This document shows positions 1-13,060 of a stretch of DNA of 64,000 nt, piece by piece. The notes beneath the pieces are model-generated. The model was not told where the DNA came from and ran no database searches. It worked only from the letters and a program-made list of their open reading frames with translations. Each line of letters begins with the position of its first letter. Positions within the stretch are counted from its first letter, which is position 1. A program made the translations under genes and the position numbers. The DNA is taken from assembly GCF_009914755.1 (NCBI RefSeq), contig NC_060932.1; one strand, given 5' to 3'. The stretch is from the human T2T-CHM13v2.0 reference genome, Homo sapiens.

Positions 1-1013
1 TTTGGAATGGGTACCTCAGGGGATCCAGGGAAAGAGGACAGACACACGTATTGCTGAGGGGGGCAAATGGACACCTTCCCTCTAGAGAGGCCCTGTAGGA
101 CACTTCCCAAAGAGCTGTTCCACGATCCCTATTGGTGCCTGAGACTGGGCGCTACACATCACCTGCAGGGTCTGGTCGGATCTAAGGGAGGCGCTTAGGT
201 CTGCAGTTCTCTGGATCTTACTAAGGAGCCCATCTTCTCTGGAGGGAGGACTCTGCTCCCTTTGGAGCCTTTAGAATATTAAGCAATGGGCTCAGAGCAA
301 CCAGCGGGGGAAGGGAAAGCAGGAGGAGGCTACACTGCCTGATTCTGTGGCAGCTTCTCCCCACCCTCAGTTAACTCAGCCCACAACCCTGGGGCAGTTT
401 CTTTGGCCACTGGGACAGCCTCAGTTTCCCTCCTCTCTTTCCCTCCCTCCTCCCCTCCACTCAGTGTCTATGGGATAATGAGGTGACCCCGGGGGTGGGT
501 GCTAATTACTGTTTGTGCAGGACTGGGAGATGCTCAGATGAAAGAGACTGGAGCCGGGCCCCTGGGTCTGTGCCATGGCTCAGGGGCCCCAGGCCATGCC
601 AGGGAGCCCCAAGGCCCCTAGGTGTGGGGTTTTATAGCCTTAATGAAGGTGATTAGCGTGACTCTTAATTGAGTCTGCCGACACCTAACTGTGCCCTGGC
701 TACCTTTTCACCAAGCCTAGAAGAGGGGCTCATGGGATGCTGGGAGGATGGGGGAGAGGTGGGAGGCCCTGCTTGAGGTGGGGGCAGGGGCAGGAGAGAT
801 CCAATCCCCTAGCTTGAGGTTTACCTTTTATAGAACTAAAGTCCTACTCGCTCAGTCCAGAACCCACCAGATCTCCTACCTTTTAGACTGCAGCTTGTCT
901 ATTATTGTCCTCACTTTGGGCCTCTTGGTCAGATATCCCTCTTCCAAGGCTGGTTCCTATAGAGCTAGGTCTCATTTGGTTGGAAGAAGGAGCAGGAGAC
1001 TGTGGAAGGATAG

Positions 1014-1572
<559 letters not shown>

Positions 1573-2829
1573 TGATGCACACTCCAGCTCTGTCTCGCTC
1601 CCCTCTCAGCACAGTCCCCCAACTCCCCGCATTTTGGGCCTGGCTTTATCCAGGGCTGGCATTATCCAGGCCCAGGTGTGGCCAAAGGGCTGTGGCCTGA
1701 CAAGGATAAGGGATTGGAGAATGGAAGCCTGTCTCCTTGCCGCCCATCTCTTCCAGGAGAGGAGGGAAGGCCTTGACAGATGCCTAGCAGCCACTCTCCC
1801 TACAGAGCTCTTCTGCCACCCGAGCAAGATGGAGAGTTCTAGGGCTGAGCGCAGGGAAGGGCTGCCCAGCCTGGTCTGCCCTGAGCTCCTCAGCCTCCCC
1901 TTATTCCTTTCCAAGTCAGCCCAGCCAGCGGTTGTTTAAACAAAACAATAGCAACCTAAGCTGGCTGTTTCTTTTCAATTCCCCCCAGGCTTGGGTCCCA
2001 CCCAGAGTGAGGCAAGGGAGCAGGCAAGGGTGGGGGCCAGGGCCAGTCAGATCAGGGAGCTGGTTTGTGCAGAGCTGCAGTGGGTGGAAAGGCTGATCTG
2101 GAGCCTTGATGGGGTGGGAAGTCTCCCTTTCTTCATCCTTTCACTCTGGGGAGCTTTTCTTATCAACCGGGGCCAGCATAGGCAAAGATTCTGCAAATCC
2201 TTACGTTGGGTTTGCTGAGGCAAGCCACTGGCCCTTCCTAGCCACCCAGCAGATCCTGTGCTTGACTGGGGCACTGATGGCAAATGGACTGTTCAGGTCC
2301 CCCCTGGAGCTGATCCCACGGACAGGTGCTGGTCCTCACTGGCAGAAAGAACGGGGGAGGACCTGGTGGAGGAGGGTGGAGGAGGAGTAAATCAGAAGCT
2401 GTGATTTACTCGGATTGTCTTGAGAATTGCCTAAGTTCTCTTTGGCCATAAACCTTTCCTCATTGGTCAGTCCTGGAGGGGCTACAATTTCTACCATAGA
2501 ATCAACACCTGGTAGGGGCTTTAGGAAACTAAATTCTAAAAGGTGAGAGAGTTGGGCTCCAGAGAGGGAAAATCCAGAATGTTCAAGGAGGATGAGGCCT
2601 TAGACCCCAGGCCCTTCGAGATCAGCTAACTCAAGGTCTCATGCCTTTCGACCTCAGTGCCATCCTGTGCTCTTTCTGTGACATCATGACAATCCCATCA
2701 GTTCTATGGGAGGCATCATTTTCCAAAGACCATGATTAAAATACGGAGATATTATCTGGAGGGCTGGAGCTGCGGTGAAAATGGGGGCCCTCCCACCCGA
2801 TTTTAGCTCTTCTAAAATATCTTCATGAT

Positions 2830-3118
2830 GGCCAAGTGCAACAGCTCACACCTGTAATCCCAGCACTTTGGGAGGCTGAGGCGGGTGGATTGCTTGAGCC
2901 AAGGAGTTTGAGACCGAACAGTTTAGGCAACATAGCAAAACCTCGTCTCTACAAAAAATGCAAAAATTATCTGGGCATGATGGCCCATGCCTGTAGTCTC
3001 AGCTATTCAGGGGACTGAGCTGGGAGGATCACCTGAGCCCAGGGAGGTGATCCTGAGCCATGATGGTGCCACCGCACTTCAGCCTGGATGACAGAGTGAG
3101 ACACTGTCTCAAAACAAA
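2830..3118 (+). mobile_element. AluJ
   Basis: ggcc...cctgtaatcccagcactttggg; J-type ggattgcttgagcc and ggatcacctgagccc; short A tail. Confidence 0.9.
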
Positions 3119-3698
3119 TATATGGATTAGAATGTCACTTCTAGCCTGCGATCACCCTAGAAAGCTGAAACTGCCCGGGGATGGATGAGATTCAAGGAAG
3201 TTTCAGGAGGTAAGAGGGAGAAACCTGTAGTTTTGAGCACTGCTCAGGGTTGCTGGGCTAGGAAAGTGCCCTGGGAGGAGGGGGTACCAGCCCAGCATTT
3301 GAGGAACACAGACACCACTCCTGTCGAGTCTGAGAAGAGATCGGCTTTGGAAGGAGACCCTGAAGGAGGCTGAAAGTTGGGCTTTCTCACCGTTTAGAAT
3401 TTAGTCTCTGAAGGCCCCTAACAGGTATTGATTCTATGGTAGAAATTTAAGCCCCTCCAGGACTGACCGATGAGGGAAGGTTTATGGCCCAACCTGCAGG
3501 GTCTGGTAAGAGCTCCCTCACACCTTCGGCCTCCTCACTTTGACCCTGCTGCCTCCCCCAGCCCAGACTCCAGATGTGCTCTTGCCTCTCTAAGATGGGC
3601 TGAGCACAGACCAAATCTCCTTTCCCTTCCTATAGCTAAGACAGGCTGACATTTTCAAAAGGAACTCGTTTAAATGCTAAGGTTAAAAAGAAGAAATA

Positions 3699-4579
<881 letters not shown>

Positions 4580-4892
4580 TAATTATAGAAATTACAGACA
4601 ACATAGATGTAGTTCAGTTTCTCATCCTCGAGAACGCTGAAAAGCCCAGGATGGGTTTTTCAGGAGAGCAGACCAGGAACACCGAGGTATTTGGGTAGTG
4701 TGCCTAGGAGGACATTCTGGGCCTTCTAAGTTTGGGACTGGAGGGCCCGGGGAAGGCAATTCTTCCTCATCAACATCCTGTGGAGATGGGGAGTCTAAAA
4801 TACCCATGACTCTCCTAGCAAGGGAAGGGAGGAGGAGGTGAATTTCTTAGAAGGACCCTTAAATGCTCAGGGTATAAGAAAAATAGTAGTCA

Positions 4893-5169
4893 TCACATGT
4901 TCTCACTTATAAGTGGGAGCTGAACAATGAGAACACATGGACACAGGGAGGGGAACAACACACACAACTGGAGGGCCCATGGTGGGGGCGTGGGGAGGGA
5001 GAACATCAGGATAAATAGCTAACGCACACGGAACTTAATACCTAGGTTATGGGTCTATAGGTGCAGCAAACCACCATGGCACACTTTACCTGTGTAACAA
5101 ACCTGCACATCCTGCACATGTACCCCGGAACTTAAATAAAATAAAATTTAAAGAAATGAAAAGAAAAAG
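4893..5169 (+). mobile_element. 5'-truncated L1PA 3' UTR with A-rich tail
   Basis: catgttctcacttataagtgggagctgaacaatgagaacacatggacacagggagggg ... aacctgcacatcctgcacatgtacccc; TSD core aatagtagtca at 4882-4892 and 5170-5180. Confidence 0.93.
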
Positions 5170-5208
5170 AATAGTAGTCACTCCTTTTTCCTAGAAGCTG
5201 GCCCCATT

Positions 5209-5277
5209 TGTGTGTGTGTGTGTGTGTGTGTATGCACATGTGTGTATGTGCATGCATGTGCACATGTATGTGAGTGT
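5209..5277. repeat. (TG)n / alternating purine-pyrimidine tract
   Basis: (TG)11 followed by tgca/tgta-interrupted TG repeats. Confidence 0.9.
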
Positions 5278-6340
5278 AGGGTACTGGGTTTATGCATGAC
5301 TGCTTGGCACAGGACTAGGTGCAAATTATTCTAATTGCAGAGAGGAGGGCTCAACACTGTGGACACTTTGGAGGTGCTTCTGGGTTCCTAGAACATGAGA
5401 TTTCCTTTCCAGCTCTCTCCCACCTCAGATCCCACTGCTTCTCTGGCAAGCTAGCCTGGAACTTGCAAGCGAGATACTCAGGGAAAGTTGTGGCTTGACT
5501 GAGAGTCATAGCAACCCCATTCTCAGTCCAGGGTGATGCAGACTGTCTTCCCAGACTTGTCCCGTCTGGGTCAGGTAAAGAGCACGGTGCTGGAAGCCAG
5601 GGGTCTATCCCCACCGCTATTGCCTTGCATTTGTAACAGGCTTTCAGCTTTATTCTCCAGGCAACCATCCAACTGGTTGATCTCACAACATCCCATTCAG
5701 AGGAAGGGCAGAGATCTTTAGCCCCATTGGACAGGAGAGAAACCACAGAAGCTTCAGCTCCTCGAGGGTGGGGACTACACCCTACCCATCTTTGTGACCT
5801 ATGAGACGCTCGGCACACAGTGGGTATAGTCCAAGTCCGTGGGCGCCCTGGCCCAGTGCCCAGCCCTTGCAACTTGAGCCATCCCTACTTAACAACCTCT
5901 ATCCTTTGGGTGTCCCCGTAGGGACAGAGAGCTGCATTTTCTGAGGTCTTTCATAGACTTGAGGGTCCAGCGACACTCCTCCCTCACCTGGGGAACCCCT
6001 TAGGTAAAGGCTCTTTGGCTGGATTTGGTAGGTCTGGAGTGTGGGGAAGGGGTCTGACTCACTGCTGGTCCCAGCAGGGATGCTGGCCCAGTTCCCTCAT
6101 TCCCCTTCAATTACCTGTAGGCAGCGGCCCACCCACCTGGGTGTTTGTGAAGGCCCCAGATACTCAGGCTCGTGGTGCCTCAGAGCAAAGGGTCAGTCGC
6201 ACATATCCTTGAGTGAGGGAGAGGACTTAATCTCGTTACCCACCTCTTCCCATTTGCACAGGAGGATTCAATCTTCTGCCTGGGTGCAAACCCCGGTCAG
6301 AGTGGGAAGTTTTGCTTTTTGATCTCTGGGTGAAATGTAG

Positions 6341-6404
6341 GGGTGGGGATGGGGGGTTTGGGGAGGGTGGGGATGGGGGAATTGGGGAGGGTGGGGATGG
6401 GGGG
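6341..6404 (+). repeat. G-rich 24-bp tandem repeat (2.7 copies), G-quadruplex-capable
   Basis: gggtggggatggggggtttgggga / gggtggggatgggggaattgggga / gggtggggatgggggg. Confidence 0.9.
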
Positions 6405-7238
6405 ACAGGCATCAGAAGAGTCCCTAACTTGAAAGGTGAGGCTCAGAAAGGTGTCATGGAGATAAGGGAGAGTAGAGGGAGAAATGAGCAAAACAGAGCA
6501 CTTGAGGGTGGGAAGGAAGAAATGAGAAAAAAAGGGAAAATGAAAACAGAGTTCCAAGCTCTCTGACACTGGCACCAAACAAGAAAGCTCCTTGCTGTTT
6601 TGCACAGCTGCCTGCAGGCTGCCAAGTGGCAAAGGATCCAGGAAAAGGCACAGGACTGGAAAGCGCTACCCAGCAATCTGTGTATTCGGCAATTAACAAA
6701 GGGTAAGTGAGCGGAAGGCACTGACAGCTCCCAGGCTCTGAGGTCCCCAGGGGCCGCCTAACGCCAGCCTAGAGAAGACCCAGCTCTGGAGACTACTGCC
6801 TGCTGCCAGGGAGAGGCTTCCAGTCAATTAACCCCAATGGCCTTCTCTTTTGCCCTAGGGTTGGGGAGAGGAGGGATGGCCACTGAGGTGGGTGGAATGA
6901 AGCCCGTGGGAAGTGGAAGAAGGAGGCGCAGATCTGAGCCCTCCTGGGAGCTGAGTACTTCTAGACTCCAGGGTGTAGGATGGCCAATTATTTTGTGGAC
7001 CAGTTTCCCTCCAGAAATGTCCATATCAAAGACTTGGTAGGCCTTTTCCTGGCACCTTCATGGGCAGTGGGGACAGCTTGGTGAATATCATCTTAGGAGA
7101 TGCCAATGGGTGCATGGCAGATCCTGGTATCTTGGCACAGTCTGGCAATGGGACTCCTGGGTTTTGATTCCTAGTTTGGCTTCAAATCTGGAATTGGTTA
7201 CTTCTCTGGATCTCCGGCTGCCAAAGTTGGGTGGGCAC

Positions 7239-7367
7239 TATTGAAAGGAGGCTAGATTTTGGGGCCTTGAGGGATGTGTAGGAGCTTTTCAGTTCTCCAG
7301 TGGATAAGACAAGGGAGGGGAAGGGCAGCTTAAGCTGAGAAAGCTGTCTAAGCCACGTATCAATGTG
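7239..7367 (+). repeat. Diverged local duplicate of 7851-7973 (L2-derived segment)
   Basis: Hand alignment: tattgaaaggaggctagat, ggggccttga, ttttcagttctccagt and tgagaaagctg are shared in order, 612 bp apart. Confidence 0.9.
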
Positions 7368-7659
7368 CGGTTGTGGGAGAATGATTTGCTTCTAGGAGTA
7401 AGGAGTTTACCCAGGATGGGAGGAGCTTCACCCAGAGCGTCACCACCCTCCATGACACTGGGTTAAGAGACGAGATTTCCCAAGGCCCAGGCCATCTGAG
7501 GCTTGAAAAGTACAGGCTGTCCAGGCCCTTTGTTCTAGGTCGTGCGATTGCCAAAAATGTCACACCGTCTTGCAGCTGTGTGTGTGTGATAGTATCTAGC
7601 ACAAAGCTGCCCCTGAGGAATGGTAGCTGGTGAGATGGGTAGATGAATGAATGAATGAG

Positions 7660-8100
7660 AGGCCCTGTGTTGGAGATAGAAATTTAATTAAGACACAGGT
7701 CATGGTATAAGGAGCCTCTGATCTGCTAGAACAGATAGATCACAAAGAAATAATAATTACAGGCTTAAATAATTGAGGCCTAGAGGCCATGCTGGGGGGA
7801 GCAGAGATGAAGGAAGAGATAACTGCTTGGGGGTAGTGATCAGAGAAAGTTATTGAAAGGAGGCTAGATATGGGGCCTTGAAGGATATATAGGAGTTTTT
7901 CAGTTCTCCAGTAGACAAGATAAAGGAGATTTCTCTTAGGTTGAGAAAGCTGCCTAAGCAATGTATAAATGTGTGCATGAGACATGGGAAGATTTCAAAT
8001 GACTTGGGTGTCCGTTGAAGCCAGAACCAGCATGTGAGTCTTCAAGAATCTCAAGAGAAGGCTAGAAATGCAGGATGGGGATAAGACTGGAATGGTAGGC
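7660..8100 (-). mobile_element. L2 fragment (preceded by a short plus-strand L2 tail ending atgaatgaatgaatga)
   Basis: Antisense L2-like ggggccttgaaggatatataggagttt and gggagcagagatgaagg. Confidence 0.6.
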
Positions 8101-8399
8101 AGTGCCTCTGATTTCTGAGACTCAAAGCTCTCAGCAACCTAAACCCTGGGTCCACAGATCCCAGGCAAGGCTTCTTCTCTTCTCCAAATGATCAGTAACT
8201 GTGTCCCAGGAGGGCCACCAGAGTTGGTTGGCTGAGCTGCCTTCCCTGTCAAGAGAGGAGGAGGGTGGGCCCCAGCTGGGGGACACTGCCCACGTGGCAG
8301 GTCAGAGCAGGATGCTGCTGAATTTTGTCATCGATGGCCTCACTCAGAGCAGGTAACTCTTGGACCCCCAAACCCAAACACCTCCCTTTTACAAACAGT

Positions 8400-8555
8400 A
8401 ATTTTTGTTTCAGGTAATAAAAGGGCTACATGTTCCTTGTAGAAAAATTGTAAAACACAGAAAAGCACTAGAAAGAAAAAGCATTCCCTGGATCCTACCA
8501 CATAGAGACAATTGCCCTGAGAACATCCTTCTTTTCTTTGCATTTTGGTTCCAAA
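8400..8555 (-). mobile_element. Old L1 (L1MC/L1ME-type) 3' fragment
   Basis: acatgttccttgtagaaaaattgtaaaacacagaaaagc resembles the antisense L1MC4/L1ME 3' end. Confidence 0.6.
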
Positions 8556-8864
8556 GTTTCTTGTCACACAGATGGCAGCTTCGAGCCCCTGGTGCCTCTG
8601 GGGCCTGTACTGGCTGGGACTCCCAACTGTCTGCCCTCGGGGAACTCCTGCTTGGCGAAACTTGCCCAAGTTACTTTCAGTCCCTGACACTCAGAGAGCT
8701 GGCTGAGCCACAGGAAATTGTGGAGCCACCTCCTTTTGACTCTTGCCTGTCATGGGTCACTCATTCTCTGGATGGGGTTCCGGGGTGGGGTTAAGAAGAA
8801 GGAAAGAAATAAAGAACACAATATATAGTCTTATTAAACCTGTTCTTCTTAGAAGTAGACAAGA

Positions 8865-9159
8865 GTGGGGGTGCGTTGTCTCATGCCTGTAATCCCAGCA
8901 GTTTGGGAGGCTGAGGCAGGAGGATTGCTTAGGGCCAGGAGTTGCAGAGCAGCCTGGCCAGCATAGTGAGACCCCATTTCTACAAAATATTAAAAAAATT
9001 AACCAGACGAGGTGGTGTGTTCCTGTAGTCCTGGCTACTAGGGAGGCTGAAGTGGGAGGATTGCTTCAGCTGGGAATTCGAGGCTGTAGTGAGCTATATT
9101 GTTGCACCACTGCATTCCAGCTTGGGTGACAGAGTGACTCGGTCTCAAAAATAAAAAAA
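8865..9159 (+). mobile_element. AluJ
   Basis: J-type ggaggattgctt in both arms, gaggctgtagtgagcta, A tail. Confidence 0.9.
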
Positions 9160-9553
9160 GTAGGCAGAAATATTAAGTTGAAAGCAAATATCAGGAGTTT
9201 GTTGCTAAATGTGATTACTATGCACTGATATCACTTTAAACTAAAGACTGCCCTTTCTAGCTACTCAGAACAAAAATAGCTTTTGATATCAACCTCAGGT
9301 TGCCGGGACGCCTCATTTATCTGAAGTCATATAGGGAATTGGGTATTCCTTATAAAAACATTTCCCTGATATCTCAAATCTTATATTTTTAGCTCCCCAA
9401 CTCCTTTTCTCTTACCTATTTTGGATAGCCATCTTATTAGAATACTAGTTCTTGTCTTCTTATGTGATTTTAAATACCATTGTAGTTGTCATTGTGGATG
9501 CCAGTTTTGCACCCAACTACAGCATGAGACCGCAAAGCTGAAAAGCAAATAAA

Positions 9554-9853
9554 GGCCGGGCATGGTGGCTCACGCCTGTAATTGCAGCACTTTGGGAGGC
9601 CGAGGCGGGCGGATCACTTGAGGTCAGGAGTTCGAGACCAGCCTGGCCAACTTGGCAAAACCCGGTCTCTATTAAAAATACAAAAATTAGCAAGGCGTGG
9701 TGGCAGGCGCCTGTAGTCCCAGTTACTCGGGAGGCTGAGGCAGGAGAATCGCTTGAACCCGGAAGCCAGAGGTTGCAGTGAGATCAGATTGAGCCACTGC
9801 ACTCCAGCGTGGGCAATAGAGTTGAGACTCCGTCTCAAAAAAAAAAAAAAAAA
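9554..9853 (+). mobile_element. Full-length AluS (Sz/Sx-like)
   Basis: Canonical arms and poly-A; perfect 13-bp TSD aaaagcaaataaa at 9541-9553 and 9854-9866. Confidence 0.95.
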
Positions 9854-9929
9854 AAAAGCAAATAAAAAGAATGAGCCATTCAGGCTTCCACCTGCCCCAG
9901 CCTCCTTAGAGGCCAATAATTGAATGTTT

Positions 9930-10900
9930 ATGTCGTGGCCATCAGGCAAAGAAGGGGGACCCACCTCTTGCGGAGTGCCCGTGGTGCGCAGGCATCTCGC
10001 CATGGTCTTTACGTGAGTTAGTTCACTCAGATCCCCGCCCTCCAGGAAATTCCCCGCTAAGGTGCAGGATCCCCCCACTCCCCCCGCCTTGGAGAGCAAA
10101 GGCTTGCTGCCCTGCTTTGTGGTCTGATTTCTGGCAGCCACAAGAACAAGGGAAATGGAGCCGTCCAGTTAAAGCAGCCTCAGTCAATGAGCAACTTAGC
10201 ATCTAACACAGCCATTCTCCTGCAGGGCAGCCTGGGCTTCAGTCCAATGTCATTACCAATCAGCTACATGACTTTGAGCAAGACACTTAATTTCACAGCG
10301 TCTGAGTTTCCGTACCTATAAAGTGGCGATGATAACGATACCTGCCCTGGTTTCTTCACAGAGCTGTTGTGAAGGTGCAATTAGGAAATGGAATATTCTG
10401 AAGTCCCGCAGCGCCGTCCAAGTGTAAGGGTCATTACTAGGCTGAGCTCCCGGCGGGACCCTGGAGGGAAAGGCTCGGTGGTTGCCGGGGAGTAGACGGC
10501 GTAGGGGCTGAGGATGGGGATGCTGCCTCCGTCCACCCTTGGAGCCCCGGGAGCCCATCCTGCGAAGTCTCCTGGCAGGGCCAGCCTCCTGAGGCTGATG
10601 GCTGCGCCGTGGGCTTGGAGGTTACTCAGCTGTGAATGTTGGGCCTGCCCCGCTGGGCCTATACTCAGCCAGGGTGCGCAGAGCGAGTGGCACATCATGT
10701 TTATTAATAACCCTTGATGAGGGGCATTAATAGCTCCTAATGACACCATCTGAGCCTGGCCTCCTTCCTTCTCTCGCTGCTCACTCCTTCCTCTTTCCCT
10801 CCATCCCTTGAAGACACATGATCCCACAGACAGACACAGGCGGGCTCGGCTCAGGAGAGCGAGTCAGAGGTGTTGTCCAGGAGGTGGGGGCTCTGGAGCG
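9930..10900. promoter_or_regulatory. CpG-enriched candidate cis-regulatory region
   Basis: CpG density is visibly raised, including inside the MIR. GC box ccccgccc (10033), NF-kB site ggaaattcccc (10045-10055), TAAT/ATTA cluster at 10700-10745. Confidence 0.45.
10230..10405 (+). mobile_element. MIR
   Basis: tgactttgagcaagacacttaat...gagtttcc...taaagtgg core, then gttgtgaagg. Confidence 0.75.
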
Positions 10901-11173
10901 GGGGTCTGGCCTTGGGGGTCAGACAGAGGATCCTGGGTTGGAGAGCAAGTAGGATGCCTCTGGCTCTGCCATCAAGTGGAAACTTGGCCAGAAACTGCTC
11001 GGTGATGGGAGCAAGGGAAGCGCAGCAGTGGGAAGAATTTTCCAGAACTGGTGGGAATGGGAGTGGCAGGGTGTGAGATGGGAGAAGCTGGAGCTGGGAC
11101 CAGAATGAGGCCAAGGGGGCCTAGGGGCAACCTCAGGCTGGGTCCGAGAGGGCCAGGGATGGGAGAGCACAAG

Positions 11174-11435
11174 TCACACACACACACTTGCACACTCGTG
11201 ATATACTCACAAGGCACATGCTCACATCCACACTCTCACATATACATACGTTCACACACTCACATACTTGTAGTATGCTCACACACCCACACATGCATGT
11301 TCACACATGCTCACTCACACACATGCTGTCACACATGCACAGAGGCACAAGCTCACATACATGCTCATATATCCACATGCACAGACACTCACATGCACAC
11401 ACATGCTCACACACACTCACATGTACTCACGCACT
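11174..11435. repeat. Degenerate (CA)n-rich low-complexity tract
   Basis: Recurring cacacatgctcacacac-type units over about 260 bp. Confidence 0.9.
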
Positions 11436-12894
11436 CCTCTCCTAGACTGCCTTTCACTGGGTATGCCTGGGGCTGGGCATGGTGGGGAGGACCAGAAGAA
11501 GGGGGCATTTGGGAAGGGGTTGGTGGCCAGGCTGAAGCTGGGACCACGCAATTAGGAAAAGAGGGTGTGGGAATCTCCAGGCCCCTGGCAGGGGGCCAGG
11601 ACAAACAGACAACTGATTAGCACTGAGGTCTGTGAGTGAGACCTAAGCTGCTCTGTTACCCACCCAGGGGGCTGAGAGCCAATGGGGCTGGGCTGTATCC
11701 GAGCAGAGGTGGGAGAGGAGGCAGTCGACCAAGAGGCAGGGTGGGATGGGGTGGGGGGCACCCCAGGTGCTGCCCTCCTCCCGTGCTGCATGTAGGAGGC
11801 TGCAGGTCACCTTGCCCTCCCTGCCGCAGCAGAACAATTAGGAAATGGATGCAGTTAATCCCTAAGACAAACAGGGCTTGAGAAACTGCAACTCAACTGG
11901 AGAGAAGAGAGCTGTAGGGCTAACTCCTCAGCCCGACTCTTATCGCTCCCCATCTCTCATCCGGCACCCAGTCTTTCCGGCTGGGTGGCTGCACCTCCAA
12001 GAGGGAGAGGAGGAGGAAGCGAGGGGACCAATACACTGGGAGGAAGTGACCTGACCAGACCTTTGCTCTCTAACTCCGGCTGGACAGAGGCAGCCCAGCA
12101 GCCCCCTAGCATCCATCTGGCTTGGGGAGTGGTGCCCCAGGGCTTATGAGTGAGCTGGAACCCCATGTCCTGGAATCCCGAGTGGCTGTGACTGCTGACT
12201 GATGCCCCCCTCCCCACAGTTCTGGAGAGTGGCTCAGCAGTCTCCCCGAGCTCCGGCCCTAGCAGTCCTCCCGTCTCCCCTCTGTCTGGGTAAGAATGGC
12301 CCCTCAGCCCCTGACCCTGACCCATCCTGTTCTCTACTGCCAACGAGAAGATGGGTACTGTCTTGGCTTACTCTGCTCTCCTCATGTGCCACCTATGAGA
12401 TGAGGTGTCCTTGGGAACCCAGGCCACAAAGGCTGGGCTGGGGGGATGGAGGGGGAGGGGGTGCCCAACAGCCAAGAGCCTCGACTGTGGCTCTTTGGGG
12501 AAGGCTGGTAGCAGCAGGTGGGAGTCAGATTCCTCGTTCTGTTCTCTGCTTTGTCTCCCTCCTTTGCCCTATTTTAGGTTTCCATACTTGGCTCTGGTGG
12601 GAAGAGAAAGCATAATCTACCCTTTGGAGCCTCTTCTCTCCCTCCCCACCAATGGGCCCAGGCCTGGGGCTGCTTTGTGAACAGAAAGGAAGAAAGGAAG
12701 GAAGGATGGATGGAAGGAAAAAGAGACAGAGGGACTCTGGAAGAAAGGTCAGGAATTTCTAGCAAGAAAAGATGCTGGCGAGATTTGGAAGCTCTAAGAA
12801 ACCCTGTGCTCATTAGAAAGTGTGACAAGAAGCAGAAACATTCTAAGTCTATTCAAATCACGGCTTGCTCTTTTCCGAGGGACTGATGGTGAAC

Positions 12895-13060
12895 TTGGAC
12901 CCAGTCCCCCAGCCCCTCAGAGCAGCAGCAGTGTGCCCTGGGAGCTTATCAGAAATGCAGAATCTCTCTCAGGCTCAACCCTAGACCCAGTGAACCAGAA
13001 GCTTCCTCTTAACAAGAACCTGAGGCGACTTCTACGCACACTAAAGTCTGTGAAGCCCCT
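12895..13060 (+). mobile_element. MER5A/MER5A1-like hAT-Charlie MITE
   Basis: cctgggagcttatcagaaatgcagaatctc ... ttaacaaga ... gcacactaaagtctgtgaag. Confidence 0.75.

Noticed and set aside
6695-6710. Perfect GTAAGT splice donor (another near 51460)
   Set aside because: No matching upstream acceptor or reading frame to define an exon.
11051-11620. His/Thr-rich 189-aa ORF
   Set aside because: Translation of the (CA)n-rich tract.
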